Positions 36,929 to 50,168 are shown, counted from the stretch's first letter. The stretch is 64,000 nucleotides of DNA from Blepharisma stoltei ATCC 30299 (GCA_965603825.1 CBFDEM010000050.1:1-64000), one strand, 5' to 3'. Program-made: numbers and translations. Notes: generated by a model not told the origin, from the sequence alone.

Positions 36929-37672
36929 ATGCGCTTCCTTTTTGCAGCGGCGTTGCTGAGCATCACTTTTGCTGCCACAGTGGAAGAATGCCTAACTCAA
37001 GTACAAGCAGGAATGTTTGAAACCCCTTGCCTGATGCTTTTATTTAGCAAACTCCTTGGCTACGGAATGGTGTCAGCCTCTCTTATGCTAAAATTCCCTC
37101 AGATCTTAAAAATCGTCCGCGCAAAAAGCATAGCAGGTCTTTCCTTGACTTCTTTTTACGTAGAAACCCTCGGGTTTTCCCTTATCGCAGCTTACAATAT
37201 TCACAATAAGCAGCCGTTCAGCACTTATGGCGAAAATGTGACCCTCACAGCCCAATGCTGCTTGCAAGTCTTATGTTACTGGTACTTTGGTAATATTAAC
37301 ACCAAGCACAAGATTTCTGTGCTATTTTTCTTTGTGTTTGCTTGGATACTTCCTTTATTCAGTGAAATTTTACCACAGAGCTTGTGGATTATTGCTCCAA
37401 ATATTAACTTATGTATGAACTTTATCGTGAAAGGATCACAAATACTGACTAACTGAAGGAACGGGTCGACTGGGCAGCTTTCTTTTATTACAAACTTTAT
37501 GAACTTTGGAGGAACTTCAGCTAGAATTTTCACGACTTTTACAGAACTGAAAGACCCATTCTTGTTGTTCAATTATAGCTTTGGGACTTTTCTAAATGCT
37601 GTTATTGTGTTTCAGCTGGTTTATTACTGGAATGTTTCTATTGAAGAGAAGAAAGAGAAAAAGGCTGACTAA
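36929..37672 (+). CDS. MPDU1: Mannose-P-dolichol utilisation defect 1 (PQ-loop) protein, 247 aa
   Basis: SKLLGYG, KFPQILKI, PFSTYGE, STGQLS, ARIFTT; TGA 37454 read through; KKAD ER-retrieval tail. Confidence 0.9.
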
Positions 37673-37771
37673 TTTATTAGAAATTTCGATATAATAGTGA
37701 TTTTATATAAATTGCATTCGATTTTCTGGATAATTAGAAAATTAATTATAAATTATTGCACTATACATAAA

Positions 37772-39226
37772 TTAAAAATCAAAGCTCCTCCTTGCAGATC
37801 TAGCTGTATAAGGAGAAAACCCAGGCCTTTTCGCTGATCGCGAAAAGCTTGATGCTTTTTGGAACGGAGTATTAGAGTACTTATGAGAGTAAAACATATC
37901 TTTTTCCTCAATATAAAGCTGAAGCAGTCTATTTGTACTTAAACCTGTCTTATAAACACTCGTAGGTGTGCTTTGATCTACGCTATTATGCTTTCTCTCG
38001 GTTAAATACGCTTGTGAGGCAATAGCAGTTGCAAGATCTAAATCTGATGGTTTTGGGGTCGCAATTTTTGCAATTGGCAAAGGTGAGCAAGCCAACTGCT
38101 GGTTCACGCTAACTTCATTAGACTCATTAAAAGTTTCATATATGCTGCATCTCCTCTTTACTCTCTCAGTCTGTATAGTATTAACCAAATCTTTCAAGCT
38201 TTTAATATTTTTTGTGTCCTTATGTATTTTCTTTATAATATTCGGATCAAAAATGGGTAATTTACAATTTGTATTGGTTTCTATCATTTTCCTTTTTCTT
38301 TCAATTTTTTCTTTAATAATCTCATTCATGCGGATTTTTTCAAAGGTTTTGGCCATCATGTCCACAAATAAAGGACTATGTTCTTTCTGGGGGTGATTTA
38401 TGTCGAATTTCAATTTTGGAACTTCTTTTGGCTTTTTAAGGGATTTAAATGAGGAAATTGGCATTAAATTCATCTCAATTTTGCCGTCTTCTTCGTCATC
38501 AGATATAGGCTCAGTATAGCGTAAAGTGACTTTTCTTTGAGTCGGTCTTGGCATTTCGAATGCAGGCAGATGTATGACAGTTTCTTTCCTTCCGTTTTCT
38601 TTTACATATTCTAAAGTATTGAGTCTTATTAAATGCAAATGGCCACTTCCATCTATTTCGAGATCATATTGAAGCTTTTGTATAAGCTTATTTGTGACTT
38701 GATATATAAGTTCAGCCATAAAAATCGTAAACGCTTCAGTTTTTTCCACAATCGCCATATCCTTTATAGGCTTTCCACCTTCTTTATTGAATTTTCCAAT
38801 CAAAATTTCACTTCTCAGTTCTCCTGACTCTTGTCAAACTTTTACCTTTAAAATATTCCTTGAGTATGTTTCTAGAAGCGCCATATGAATACTCCTGACC
38901 TGTAGCCCATGAAGTTGGTTTTTTGAGAGATCAACGATATCTTTTGCAGTAAGTACTTTACGGCCTCTTGTATGATAGAGATAAACGATTACTTTGTCAG
39001 GCTCGTATTCATATAACATAGGAGCTCTCATATTAAGAAACTGCACAAGCATAAACCGAGTATGGCTTATGTTTCTGATAGAGTTCTCTATAACCTTGCC
39101 AAGTTCATCATTTGTATATCAAGCTTTCAGTTTGTCTCCTCTGCAGATCCCAGTTTCGAGGATACGGATTGTAGACTTTTTCTCGTGAAGTGTAGATAAA
39201 AACCACTCGTGACAATGATCCTCCAT
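37772..39226 (-). CDS. Hypothetical protein, 484 aa
   Basis: ATG 39226 open to TAA 37772 through two TGA codons. Confidence 0.75.
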
Positions 39227-39354
39227 CTATTTATATTTTGAGTAATATAATTTCTTTTAAAGATAATGATATTATGGAAATTTATATAGCTTCATTATCA
39301 AATTTTGTTTAAAAATTAACTAAAATTGGGGAAAATTATTATTAAATAATGAAA

Positions 39355-39579
39355 TTATTTTTTTAGCTTTTTGGAAAGCCCAGCTGTGAATTTATTGTTG
39401 GTAACGAAATCTTTTTTGAAATTTGGGATTGGGGTGAGAGGAGGCGAATCACTTTCTTTAGGCTCTTCTAGTATATCTTTATTAAAAGCATACTTTAAAA
39501 GCTGCTTTATTTCTAGTGTGTCTTTATGGATTTCGTTTAATTTTCTTTGAGAGTCCTTTAAAAATTCTTCTATGTCCAT
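39355..39579 (-). CDS. Small hypothetical protein, 74 aa
   Basis: ATG..TAA ORF between AT-rich spacers. Confidence 0.55.
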   Translation of the reverse strand: MDIEEFLKDSQRKLNEIHKDTLEIKQLLKYAFNKDILEEPKESDSPPLTPIPNFKKDFVTNNKFTAGLSKKLKK

Positions 39580-39670
39580 ATTTTAAATATTATTCTATTG
39601 CAATAAATATTAGCATTTATATTTTAATAACTCACAACTCACTATGAAAAAAGACCTTATTAAATTTTCA

Positions 39671-40678
39671 CTAATAAATCGGTGCTCCAAGAGTCATTTG
39701 ATTATTTTCAAACTCTGCATTTTGCTTAAAATGCTGATTTGCTTTAAAATTGCTATACAATGTAAACAGAACATGCAAACTTTCTATCAAGCTTTTTCCA
39801 TTTGACAAGTTATGGACTGGTATATCTAAAAGTGAGCAGACCATTCCTACGTATTTTCCAAGATCCATATCAATATCAGGCCCTGGCAGTTCAATGCTGC
39901 CTAATGCATATTCTATGTCAGGATGCCACACATCCATTAAGCTGTCAATATCTGGCATATTCTGAGAGTATTTAAAAGTAGCAGGTGGTTTTGTCCTATG
40001 GATATCTGCAATAGAGCTTATCCATTTGCTGATCATCCTAGGATTTTTATCAGCATTTTCTATAGACCTGACTGCAGCTCCTCCAGGAGTTCCTAATCTA
40101 GGCTGTTTAAAAATCGCTCAATATTTTTGCTCTACAATAACTGGGTCAGATTGGTTCAGCTTAGGCTCATCCAAAACTACCAAGCCTAAGTCTTCTTGGG
40201 CGCCGTCAGGTCTTGGGATTTTTAAAAATGCATCTACTTCTCCTACTGACGGGATATATTCAGGCACAAACGGTCTTATCTTGGTTGCCAAATCAATCTG
40301 TTGAGGTTTGTATCTTTGGATATACTGGAAAAGTTCTTTAACTTCTGATGAAACTGCTAAATCTTGGTAATCTGCTGGGTTATAAGCACCTTTTATAGGA
40401 ATTTCTTGGCCTTCGTCGGATTCACTGTTTTCGAGACCGTTTTGGCCGTATTGGTTTTGGCTTGGCATTCCGTTCTGAGGGCTTGAAGTGCCAGAGTCGT
40501 TAAAAGAATTGTCTTCAGGGCCTTCACGTCTGCCTGACTCACTTGGACTGCTTGAAACTTCTCCTTCACTGCCTTCGACGTCGTAGACTTCATCAAATTG
40601 ATTGTTATTGACTGCGCCTTGTTTTTCTATAAATGATCCTTCTTCTTCCTCTTCAAATGAGCCCTGCTCAAAGTGCAT
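39671..40678 (-). CDS. IFT46: Intraflagellar transport protein 46, 335 aa
   Basis: Acidic N-terminus, GAYNPADY, ELFQYI.RY.P, YIPSVGEVDAFLK.PRPD, MPDIDSLMD.W, IESLHVLFTLY; joined by TGA 40118. Confidence 0.95.
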
Positions 40679-40809
40679 TTTAAGTAATTTTATTTAAATT
40701 AAAGAATCAGTTTACATATTGGAATTAGCAATCTAAGATCTTTTTGTAGGAATATTAATTTAGAATTTACCTAAATTTTTAATTTAATAAAAAATAAAAT
40801 ATGTTCTGC

Positions 40810-41484
40810 CTACTTTCTAGCGTATTGAGCTCTTTTAGCTCTTATAATCACTCTTCTCCTCATATCTTGCTCGTCTTCATTTAGCATTAACTCAGAGCAG
40901 GGATCGCAATATCAATCTCCTTGAGGTTGTCTCCTATAATCAAGGCATTCTAAATGATAGAAATCATTACACCCTACACATCTGACAGCAATATTTTCAT
41001 CGCTTATCTCTCCATGGCATTCTTTGCATTTCATTGGTGCTTCATCTACAGAAAAATTAGCTTGATTATTTGTATCTTCATCAGAATCTTCGATTTTTAT
41101 TGGGTTTAATCGTGAAGAGTTAGTCGCTCTTGTCCTTGGCAAGCCTTGCTGATAATTATTGGTTCTTTCTCCATTGTTTTCAGGCATAATTTCCATAGGC
41201 TGCATATATTTGAATTGAAGCCTGAATAGTTCTCTTTTTCTTTTCAAATCAGCTTTTTCTCATGCATGTATGTTGACTGTTTTTTTGCGGATTTTTCTTA
41301 TTTCTGAGTATTCTTCTGGAGTGTCTACTGTAATTACTTGTTTTTCTTGGTCTTTATAAGTAAATACTGGCTGTGAAAGACCAAAAAGTTCAGATGCTTT
41401 TCGTCGCAAATCTTCAATGCTATGTGGAGCGGGGTTAACTATCCTGATTTCGTCGAAGAATTGCAGTTTAAAAATTTTATTCAT
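40810..41484 (-). CDS. PB1-like domain plus PHD finger protein, 224 aa
   Basis: N-terminal K..F.DEIR...F.YKD.E...IT; C-terminal CKEC..CVGC...H..C...PQGD-W(TGA)-YCDPC. Confidence 0.8.
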
Positions 41485-41832
41485 TATATTTCTTCAAAAT
41501 GTGAGGAAAATCTATAGGAATTTTTCAGGAAAAATGGAAATTTGACTAAAGGTTTTTCGCCAAAAGGCTTTTTGTTTTAAAATTAAATAAAAATAACCTT
41601 CAAGCTAAATTTTATAAAATATCAAATTTAAATAACAGCTGAAGAAAATAAATAATTTTCTTAAAATTTCATAAATCTGCTTAAAATCGAATAAATAATG
41701 CCGATTCCAAAGCAGAACTTTAATTCTTTTTTTATATAATATATAGAAACAAAATATAGCTGTATTTGACTAATTCCATCAACCTATTTATCCAGTCAAA
41801 ACTTTTACGAGTGGCAGAAGATTGATAATAAA

Positions 41833-42291
41833 ATGGAAGATCCAGAAGTAATCCAAGCCCGAGCTAAACTTGCTGCAAAATTCGGTGACAAAGCTCGCTT
41901 AGGCGGCAAAGGTTCTATGAAGCGAAAACAAAAAATTGTTCACAAGAGCAGCAGTGTCGATGACAAGAAGCTAAAATCTTCCCTGAAAAAGCTAGGAGTC
42001 CAGCCATTACCTGCAATAGAAGAAGTTAATTTCTTTAAAGACGACAGCACAGTCCAGCATTTTGAGAATCCAGAAGTCCAAGCCAATGTGAAAGACAATT
42101 TCTTCTTAATATCAGGGAAAAATGAAGTAAAAGCAATAAAAGACCTGATGCCTGGGATCATCACACAGTTAGGACCAAAGAATATGGACTTTTTGAAAGA
42201 GTTTGTGCAGGCTGCTAAGAAAGATGATAAAGAGGAAGTGCCAGAGCTAGTAGGGGACAAGAATTTTGAAGATATTGCAAATCAAGAATAA
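41833..42291 (+). CDS. BTF3: Nascent polypeptide-associated complex beta subunit, 152 aa
   Basis: RLGGKGS.KRK, DDKKL..LKKLGV..L..IEEVN.F, MPGIITQLGP, VPELV...NF. Confidence 0.95.
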   Translation: MEDPEVIQARAKLAAKFGDKARLGGKGSMKRKQKIVHKSSSVDDKKLKSSLKKLGVQPLPAIEEVNFFKDDSTVQHFENPEVQANVKDNFFLISGKNEVKAIKDLMPGIITQLGPKNMDFLKEFVQAAKKDDKEEVPELVGDKNFEDIANQE

Positions 42292-42722
42292 TTAAGCATA
42301 TGCTGGTTTATAATTGGTAATAACATAGATTGAGAGTGGTTTAGGGATGCTCGGAGAGGATGATATGAGTGGGAATTGCATGATATGCTAAAATGGCGTA
42401 AAATTTAAAATATGTCTTTAGCGCGATTTCGAATTGGATTTAAAGTGGCCTGGGAGTGTTATAAGTTAATCATGCATATTAGTAGAATTTTATTGAATTC
42501 TCGAGCTATTTTATTTTTTTGTAAATTGCCAATTTTATAAAAATAAAAATCTTTGAATCTTAGCTAAGTAATTATTTATTTAATCACTGGTTTTATTCCC
42601 TTTTAATATTCCAAACTTGATTCCTTTTCTCTTTATATCTTGCTTATTTCTTAAATAAAATTTTATATAAATTAACGAGCATATTAAATAACACTCTGTA
42701 AACTTGCAAGGCATTTTCTTCT

Positions 42723-42974
42723 TTATAAAAAGACTTGCTCAGTTCTTGGCAGAATTATATTAAAAAATTCTGAGCCGGCTTCAAAATTTCCTTGACTTTT
42801 TTGCAATACACTCCAGGCGTATCTTTTGGGATTCTTTACCGGTTTATCTTCTTGAAAATCAAAATCATATAAAAATGATTTTTCCTCTACTATTGCACTT
42901 AATTCAGCCTTCATTTGAGCTAAAAACTCATTTAAATAGTCACTGTTGCTTTCTCTGTAGTTTAAGAGCTCCAT
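42723..42974 (-). CDS. Small protein with CDK-inhibitor (Kip/KRP CDI)-like motif, 83 aa
   Basis: EFL...K.......EK...YDFDFQEDKP....RYAW..L. Confidence 0.65.
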   Translation of the reverse strand: MELLNYRESNSDYLNEFLAQMKAELSAIVEEKSFLYDFDFQEDKPVKNPKRYAWSVLQKSQGNFEAGSEFFNIILPRTEQVFL

Positions 42975-43891
42975 ATATTTCTTTATTGCGATTCTAGAAT
43001 CTATGCTAAAAATGGCCGAGTACTGAGTGCTTATAGATAAGATATTTTAAGATATTAATTGTTCTTTTAGGATGTTCTAAATTATAATTTGTTTGACTCT
43101 CAGATGAATAAGGAAATAAGTAAAAAGTTAAGAAAGTTTGTTAAAAATTAATTTTTTACTTATTTCTATATTTATTTTAGAAATATGATATACTCTACCC
43201 ACTAACATTTTCTGTGCTATTGTAAGAAATTAATCGATATAGTTGATCCAGTAGGAAATAACTAAGAATAAATAGGCTACCTGTATTTATTAGGTGTTTC
43301 AAAACGATATTAAGAATTTACAGTTTTTATATTAAAAGTATTAATTTATAAAATGGCAAAATAGTAAAATTTTCCAATTTTACTTACCCTTGAGCTATCT
43401 ATAGCTATATAGGCTCACAGCAAGTTCATATATTTCGCCTTCTTTTTCACAGGGCTCTGCTGTTGCAATTGCCCAATTCAAAAATATTTATTAATAAGAC
43501 AATAAAGGAAACTGCTCTCTTGTTGGGATATAATTCAAACCTTCCAGCTCTAAATGAAATATGCAAAAATGTTTATCTTGAAATTTAATATATTTTCTGC
43601 AAACTTCGAATAATTTGAGGGGTTTTATATATCTTTAGCACTAAATTATTAATTGATTTTGAATGTTTATGCATGATGCCTTTATGATATGATCCTAATA
43701 GCATGTCAATACCATACCTAAAAAATATTCTTGCCAGCCTTTAAAAATAGATAAATTTCTTTATTCAATAATTGATAATTGAAGCTAAATCTGGATTCAA
43801 ATTACTAAAATAATATTAAAGATTGTAAATAACTCTGCATTTAAGCTGTAAAATAGATCAATTTTATAAAGGTTTATGTTATAAATATGCA

Positions 43892-46800
43892 ATGAAAAAA
43901 TTCATAAGCTATATAGCTTTTTTAGGACTTGCTAGTTCTTTCATGCTTATAGATTCAAGTCTAGATCCAGGCAGGATTTTATGGCCAACAGAGACTTGGG
44001 TAAGCAGCCCAATTCAGCTCTCTCAAACCAATGCTGGCTCAATTGTGAAACTAACATTTACCCTTAGGCCAAGCACCACACTTGCTAATGGAGTTCTTGA
44101 AGTGATTTATCCAAGCAGCATTCTTGGCGGCCCTATATATATTCCTTCAAGCTTTTCAGGAGATAAAGACGTCTCTCTAACTTATACCTCAATTACTTTG
44201 CCTGCATCTGTAGGTATTTATGGACCTTTTGTTCTTATTACCAGATCTTCACAAACAGGCCAAATGTATGATTTAAATAACGTTTTCGGCTATATTGCTA
44301 TTACAAGCACAATTTCTACGTCATCAGATCTAACAGTAACTAATGAATCTGTAAACCCAATGATTGGATCAAGTGATACCCTCTATTTTGCCTTCAGCTT
44401 AAACCAAAACCTATGAAAATACGATTTAATTGAAATTATCCCTTCAGATTCATATATGCCTTCTTCTTTAGTTACTTGCAGCTCTATTACGGTGGCTGGA
44501 ATTCCCAATATTCTTTATGGACCTACAGGAGATCATAATTTGCCTTGTGCTATAGCAACTCAAAGTTCTTCTACTACTGGTCCTCAGTATACCATATCAG
44601 AGTCAAATAGTGTTTACATATATGGTCTTTCCCAAGATATTATCTTAGCATCGGGCTCAATAACCATAAAACTCAGTATCTCAACTTTTAACTACCCTTT
44701 ATATAAGCGACAATCAGCCTCAAATACCTGAAAAATCAACATTTGAAGATGGGGAACCTCAAACTTGATTGCCCAATACGTCGCATCAAGTGGCCCCACT
44801 ACACCTATTGAAGGCACAATAACTGCAGCATGATCTCCTATTAATGATGCGCTTAGCGCCAGCGATGTTATAGGAGGAATGGTCATTTTTACGAAAGTAA
44901 CTTTTACAACACATCATGATATACCAGCAGCTGGAACGGCCATTATTACTTTCTGGAGTATTGATATTTCTCTTGATTGGTGGGAAGATCTTGATGGGTC
45001 AAATAATTCTGGCTCTCAATGCTACTTGACAATACCAATTAATGGAGCTTCATGCGCTATTAGTAGCATTAATATCGTTACAATTACCTTCGCTAATAAA
45101 ATGCCAGCTGGATCTGTAAGTATAGCCTTATTAACTGCTTTTAACCAAGACACCCGAATCTCAGAAATAGTCACCACGGACTCATCATCCAACTATATTG
45201 ATTATGTCTCAAATCCTATATCTTGACCAATTAATACTAATAATCTCCTTTATTCTTTTTTCAAATTCCATGGATACTCTTCAGCTATATATGACTCATA
45301 TCCTCGACTTGCTGATTCAGGAACATATTTGCCAGGCCTCATCTATGGTGCTGATACAAGTCTCGACTTATATTGGACATTTACACCTAGCTCATGAGTT
45401 ACATGAACAACATCTACCTATATAGCAATCTACCTCCCTTTTACGACATCTGGAGTTTCATTTACTCAGCCTTATATTAGTGAAACTGCTATTAAATATG
45501 AAATGAATAACGATCTAACGCTTAATAATGGGGTTAATTTCTACTCACCACCAACCAAAGCTACTTTCTCTTTGTCTCAAAATACAATTTATCTAAATTT
45601 CCAGCTAGCTCCTACTTTAAGATATTATACAATTGCTGTTGGAAATGGCGAATCTGCCTTACCATATGTTGCTTCCAACTTAGGCACTTTTTATGAATGC
45701 TTTGCTATATCATTAACAGGATCTAAAAAAGAGATTGGAAACTCAGTTTATTCAGTTATAATAAAAGACTACCTTGGAGCTGACATTTATGCAAGGCCAT
45801 TTTGCAATGCTAATTGGGCATCCGGCATTCCTCTTGTGAGTGTATTCGCTGCCAAAATAATTGCAATTGATTTCACTTCAGCTGAACAAAATTTTGTTCT
45901 CGAAATTAAAGTTACCAATGGTGCTGATCTTAATACTGGATTAGCAAAAGGAAGCTATCTCCCTCTTTCTTCGACGGTTCCAGGTACTACTGCTGTTTTA
46001 GATGAAACCATAGGTGATACTATTATTAAACTTACAGGCCTTGGAGTAGTTATTGCTGGTCGACCTGCTATTAATACATTTTTAGCTATGGGAAAACTTG
46101 CTGACACGTCATTTATTGCTACATCTCGACTTTACTACATTACTGCAAAAGACCCAAGTATCAAAAATTACTTATATCAGAGCACTCAAAGTCCGATAAC
46201 CCTCACGAATTCACAAAATAACCCGTTAGTATCTGGAACTTATGTATTGGGTGCATGAACACCTTCTAGCAATACAAATTATGAGATAGGCTCAGCAAGA
46301 GTCGCCATAGAAGTTTCATCACCTTATATTGGAATTGGCCTTCCGACTGGATTTAAGCTGTCTCCATCATCAATAATTTCAATTAACGGTAATGTTGCAT
46401 CAACAATTTATTCAGCCTCCAATAGCAATGATTATACCAGTGGTGGATTCATAATTGGCTATAGCACAAATCCTAATTATAGAATTACAACAAGCGGTGT
46501 TACTATAACTATTACAGAAGTGACAGCACCTGGGTATTCAGGAGAATCAAGTTCGTCTAATTCTGTACTTTTTAATATTTTTGGTGCTAGTAGTTTCGGA
46601 GGAAGCTGCGATATCTGTGGGACAGACTATTCATTTAATTTTGTTTATCCAGGAGAAATTGCTAACTCATTAGTTACATGTACTTTGTCTTCATACTCGG
46701 CAGCTGATTATGATTCTGTTGATGCCACTATGACTATTACAGTAACAACAGTGCATCGGGTTCCTGAAAATGGTATAATATCACTTACATTGGCTTTGGA

Positions 46801-47098
46801 TTGGGCCTTTTATCTTTCTACTTGTACTGTTATAGGACCAAGCGATATAGACTCAAACAATAAAGTAATCTGCTCTATTTCTTCACATGTGCTTACAATA
46901 GGCAGCTTTGCTGTTTTTGAACCTGGGACAATTACTATAACAATTTTGCATGTTCGTAATCCGTTATCTGGTGGCATCTATACATGTGTATCTCAAGTGG
47001 CTACGCAAGATGCACGGTTGAATTATATTGATTATGGCTCTGCCTTATTTCAAGAGATAATAATAACTGTAGCATCAGCACCAGTGAGTTTAATATAA
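43892..47098 (+). CDS. Secreted/surface Ser/Thr-rich beta-sandwich-type protein, 1068 aa
   Basis: Five listed ORFs share one frame and are joined by 8 TGA codons; signal peptide MKKFISYIAFLGLASS. Confidence 0.8.
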
Positions 47099-47193
47099 TA
47101 AATGGATGGATTAATAATGCATAGCATGAAGATATATCAACAAATCCACTGTTAATACCATTAATATTTTTCAATTATTCTAATATTCTTTTA

Positions 47194-50061
47194 TTAAATT
47201 AAACATTTTTCATATATCAAATCCCTTACCTCTTCTAACACATCATTTACCTCGCTCATTTTCTCACACATAAACACTCTACAATTATTCCTATCGAGAA
47301 ATTCCTTGAACTCGCCCTCCAGATGTGTTTCCACACACACCACAATAAGTTTTACCTTTCTTGCTATAACTTCATCTAAATCTTTTATTTGAATAGGCCC
47401 CCTTTCTTGCTCATGTGGTCCTATAAAAACAATAATGTATTTTTCTAGCATATCTACCGGCATACATTTAAACCCACACATGATCATATTATAAATGTGG
47501 TACATCACCTCTTCAGTTTCTGATTCTCCATGTTTAGCTTGGAAGAGCAAATGTTCTAAATCTACCTCTGGCATGTCTCTTGTGCAGACATCTAAAATGT
47601 TATAGTTATTTGTGTTCATACAGACGACACCAAATTTGTCTCGAGTCGGCCCGATTTCTTTATTTACGAATTTTATAAGTTTTTTGTTGAGTTTTGGCTT
47701 GTTTTTTACCTTATAATTTAGGACAAATACTATTGATTTTTTTGCTTGATTAAGGGAAAGGTCCATTCTTTTTAAATCATCAGTGCCTTTTTTTATGGAA
47801 AATTTATTCATAATCCTCAGCAGTTCTTCTACACAGAGTTTCCTAATTTTAGGGTCATAATATTCCCCACGCTCAATGGCTAATGTAAAAGCAGCTCCAG
47901 CTTCTTGGAATTTGTTTTGCTCTATGCAGATAACTCCTTTTCTATAGTACATAAATTGTCTTAAAATGTCTTTTTCATATGTGATACCTTTGACGTTGAA
48001 AAAACTCAGCATGGCTGCTTGGTTTTCTCGTAGGCCAATACCTATTCTTTTGAGTAAAGCGATATCGATGTCAATGAACTCTAAGCCTCTCTGCTCTATT
48101 TTTGTAAGTTCGTCATTTACAATGTTCAGGATTTCCATAGCAGAGTGGAAATATTGTAAAAATTGAAAAGAAATGGACATTTCTATTAGAAGCTGGATTA
48201 GCTGTAAAAAGTTAGAAGAAGTGTCAATATAATGCTGCAGGACACTAGTCTGCAAGCTTAATATTTCTTTTCATTCAGTTCTAAGCTCAGTTGCTGAGGC
48301 TAGCCCTTCTTCTAGCTTTGCTCTCCTTGCCATACATAACTGCATCCTTCTATTATTTATATCTTTTACTAAAAACTCTTTTTCAGATTTCCAATCAGAA
48401 GAAATGAATCCGTCCTTTATTTTTTCTTTTTCGCTCAGCTTTAATTCCTCTTTTTCTTGGTTTTCAATATTTTCTAATATTTTTTCGGTTATTTCCAGCG
48501 CATATGTGTAGTTCTGAATCGCTTCAAGATATTGAGAATTTTCGAAAAAAATATTTCCTATTAAATTTGATGTAATGGCAACACCTCTTAAATTCCCTAA
48601 GCCTCTGTAAATTTCTCTAACCTCTTCAAGGTTTTTCAATCTATCTTCAGACTTCGGGTGAAGCAAATAATGAGGGTCTATAAGTTTTTCAATATCTTCT
48701 ATTAGATTTAATGATTTTACAATAGTGTTGACTTCTCGGTTATACTTGATGTGGGTGTAAATCATTTTTTCGTCACCATTTAAATATCGTTCGAGTTCTT
48801 GAAGTGGATGAGTTACCCTATGAGACACATGTTTTGAGAGTCTTACAGCACTAAAAATAGTCAGCAATATAAAGCACATAAAAATGACCATCTGAATTAT
48901 GATAGTGTTTGTGATGGTATCTAAGGTATCATTTCATTCTTTCCGTACTGCAATTTCACTTATCATGACTCCAACTGATAAAGAGTCCTCATAGCTTGGG
49001 TATCGTTGAGTGGTTATGGTAATATTCATATTGGTAACAGATACGTGATATCGGGAGTTCAGACCATCAAATACTGAGCCACTTGTAGTTTTCTCATCAA
49101 TCATTGACTGAAGCTTTGGAGCAGACACATTAGCTAAAATATAGTCATCAGGAAATAAGTTGTATGATAAATTATAAGGGAAGATCTGGCTGAGATCTTC
49201 TTTATTTACAGCTAAAACTTGACTTCCGTAATTACTTGTGAGAAAATAAGTATAGTATTCAAAATCGTTCATGAAAAATTTTAATACATTCTTGTCTGTA
49301 AATATTGCTGTTGCCCCAAAATCAGTATTTAAATATATATCAATCAGTGAATATTCATAGGAAAAAGTCACGTTATTTTTACTATTGCTTTTTAAAGTAT
49401 GGTATGTATTTGTGCATAATGGATCAAAAGCCACATTACTTTTCCCGCAAGTTTCTGTGAAATCAAATGAAGACCCTTGCACATAGCTCATATTTTGTGC
49501 TGGGTGCCTGAAATCCAGACTATCTTTTTCGATAATTAGCCCAACTTGATTAATACGTCCTGCATAAATTGGATTTGCGGTGTTATAAAGAATGTCAAGC
49601 AATTTAAGCTGTTCATAATTAGTTGCGCTTGCAAGAGTCCGAGTAGTATCAGCAAACAGATAATCAGAAAGACCGTATGCAGGAAAAGTGATACTCCCTG
49701 GATTTCTGGCGTCTACAGCCTTTGGATCGCTTATGCCACTGGCTGATGTTATCGCTCCACTTGCACTGTCATCAAATATTCCTCTTACCAACTGCAGCTG
49801 CGCAATATCCTAAATATTTATTACATTAGAAAACATTGCAGTAAAAATCATTGATCTAGCTACAGAAGCTCTCAGTAAATGTGAATCTTCTTCATCTACA
49901 AGATAATCTTTTACGTTTTTTACTCACTTGTATTCTTGTGTCCAAAGCAAAATAATAGCAACTGCTGAAGCTAGTACTAGTCCACAGGTAAGGGGATAAA
50001 CGGTTCTTCTTTCGATAAGCTTACGTAGCTTATGAGTGCTGGAGTGAGGAAAATTTGCCAT
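47194..50061 (-). CDS. Two-TM sensor-type protein (extracytoplasmic domain, HAMP-like, TPR, vWA-like), 950 aa, one 15-nt intron
   Basis: ATG 50061; three TGA (49924, 48934, 48271) and intron 49810-49824 give one frame; domain calls by eye. Confidence 0.75.
49810..49824 (-). other. 15-nt intron GTAATAAATATTTAG
   Basis: GT..AG, A10, removes an in-frame TAG. Confidence 0.9.
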
Positions 50062-50168
50062 TAATATTCTTTTAAATGATGAAATAGTGCTATAGAGTAG
50101 CTTTATTTATTTTAGTAATAGAAATCAGATATTAAACTAAATAAAAAGAATTCTTTGAAGCACAATTA

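Noticed and set aside
42340-42350. CCCTAAAC-like word as a telomerase RNA template or internal telomere
   Set aside because: Does not match CCCTAACA and lacks the roughly 1.5-unit template redundancy
43380-43560. U1-like TACTTACC word, small hairpin and stop-interrupted minus-strand frame
   Set aside because: No U1 stem-loops or Sm site; no recognisable protein similarity
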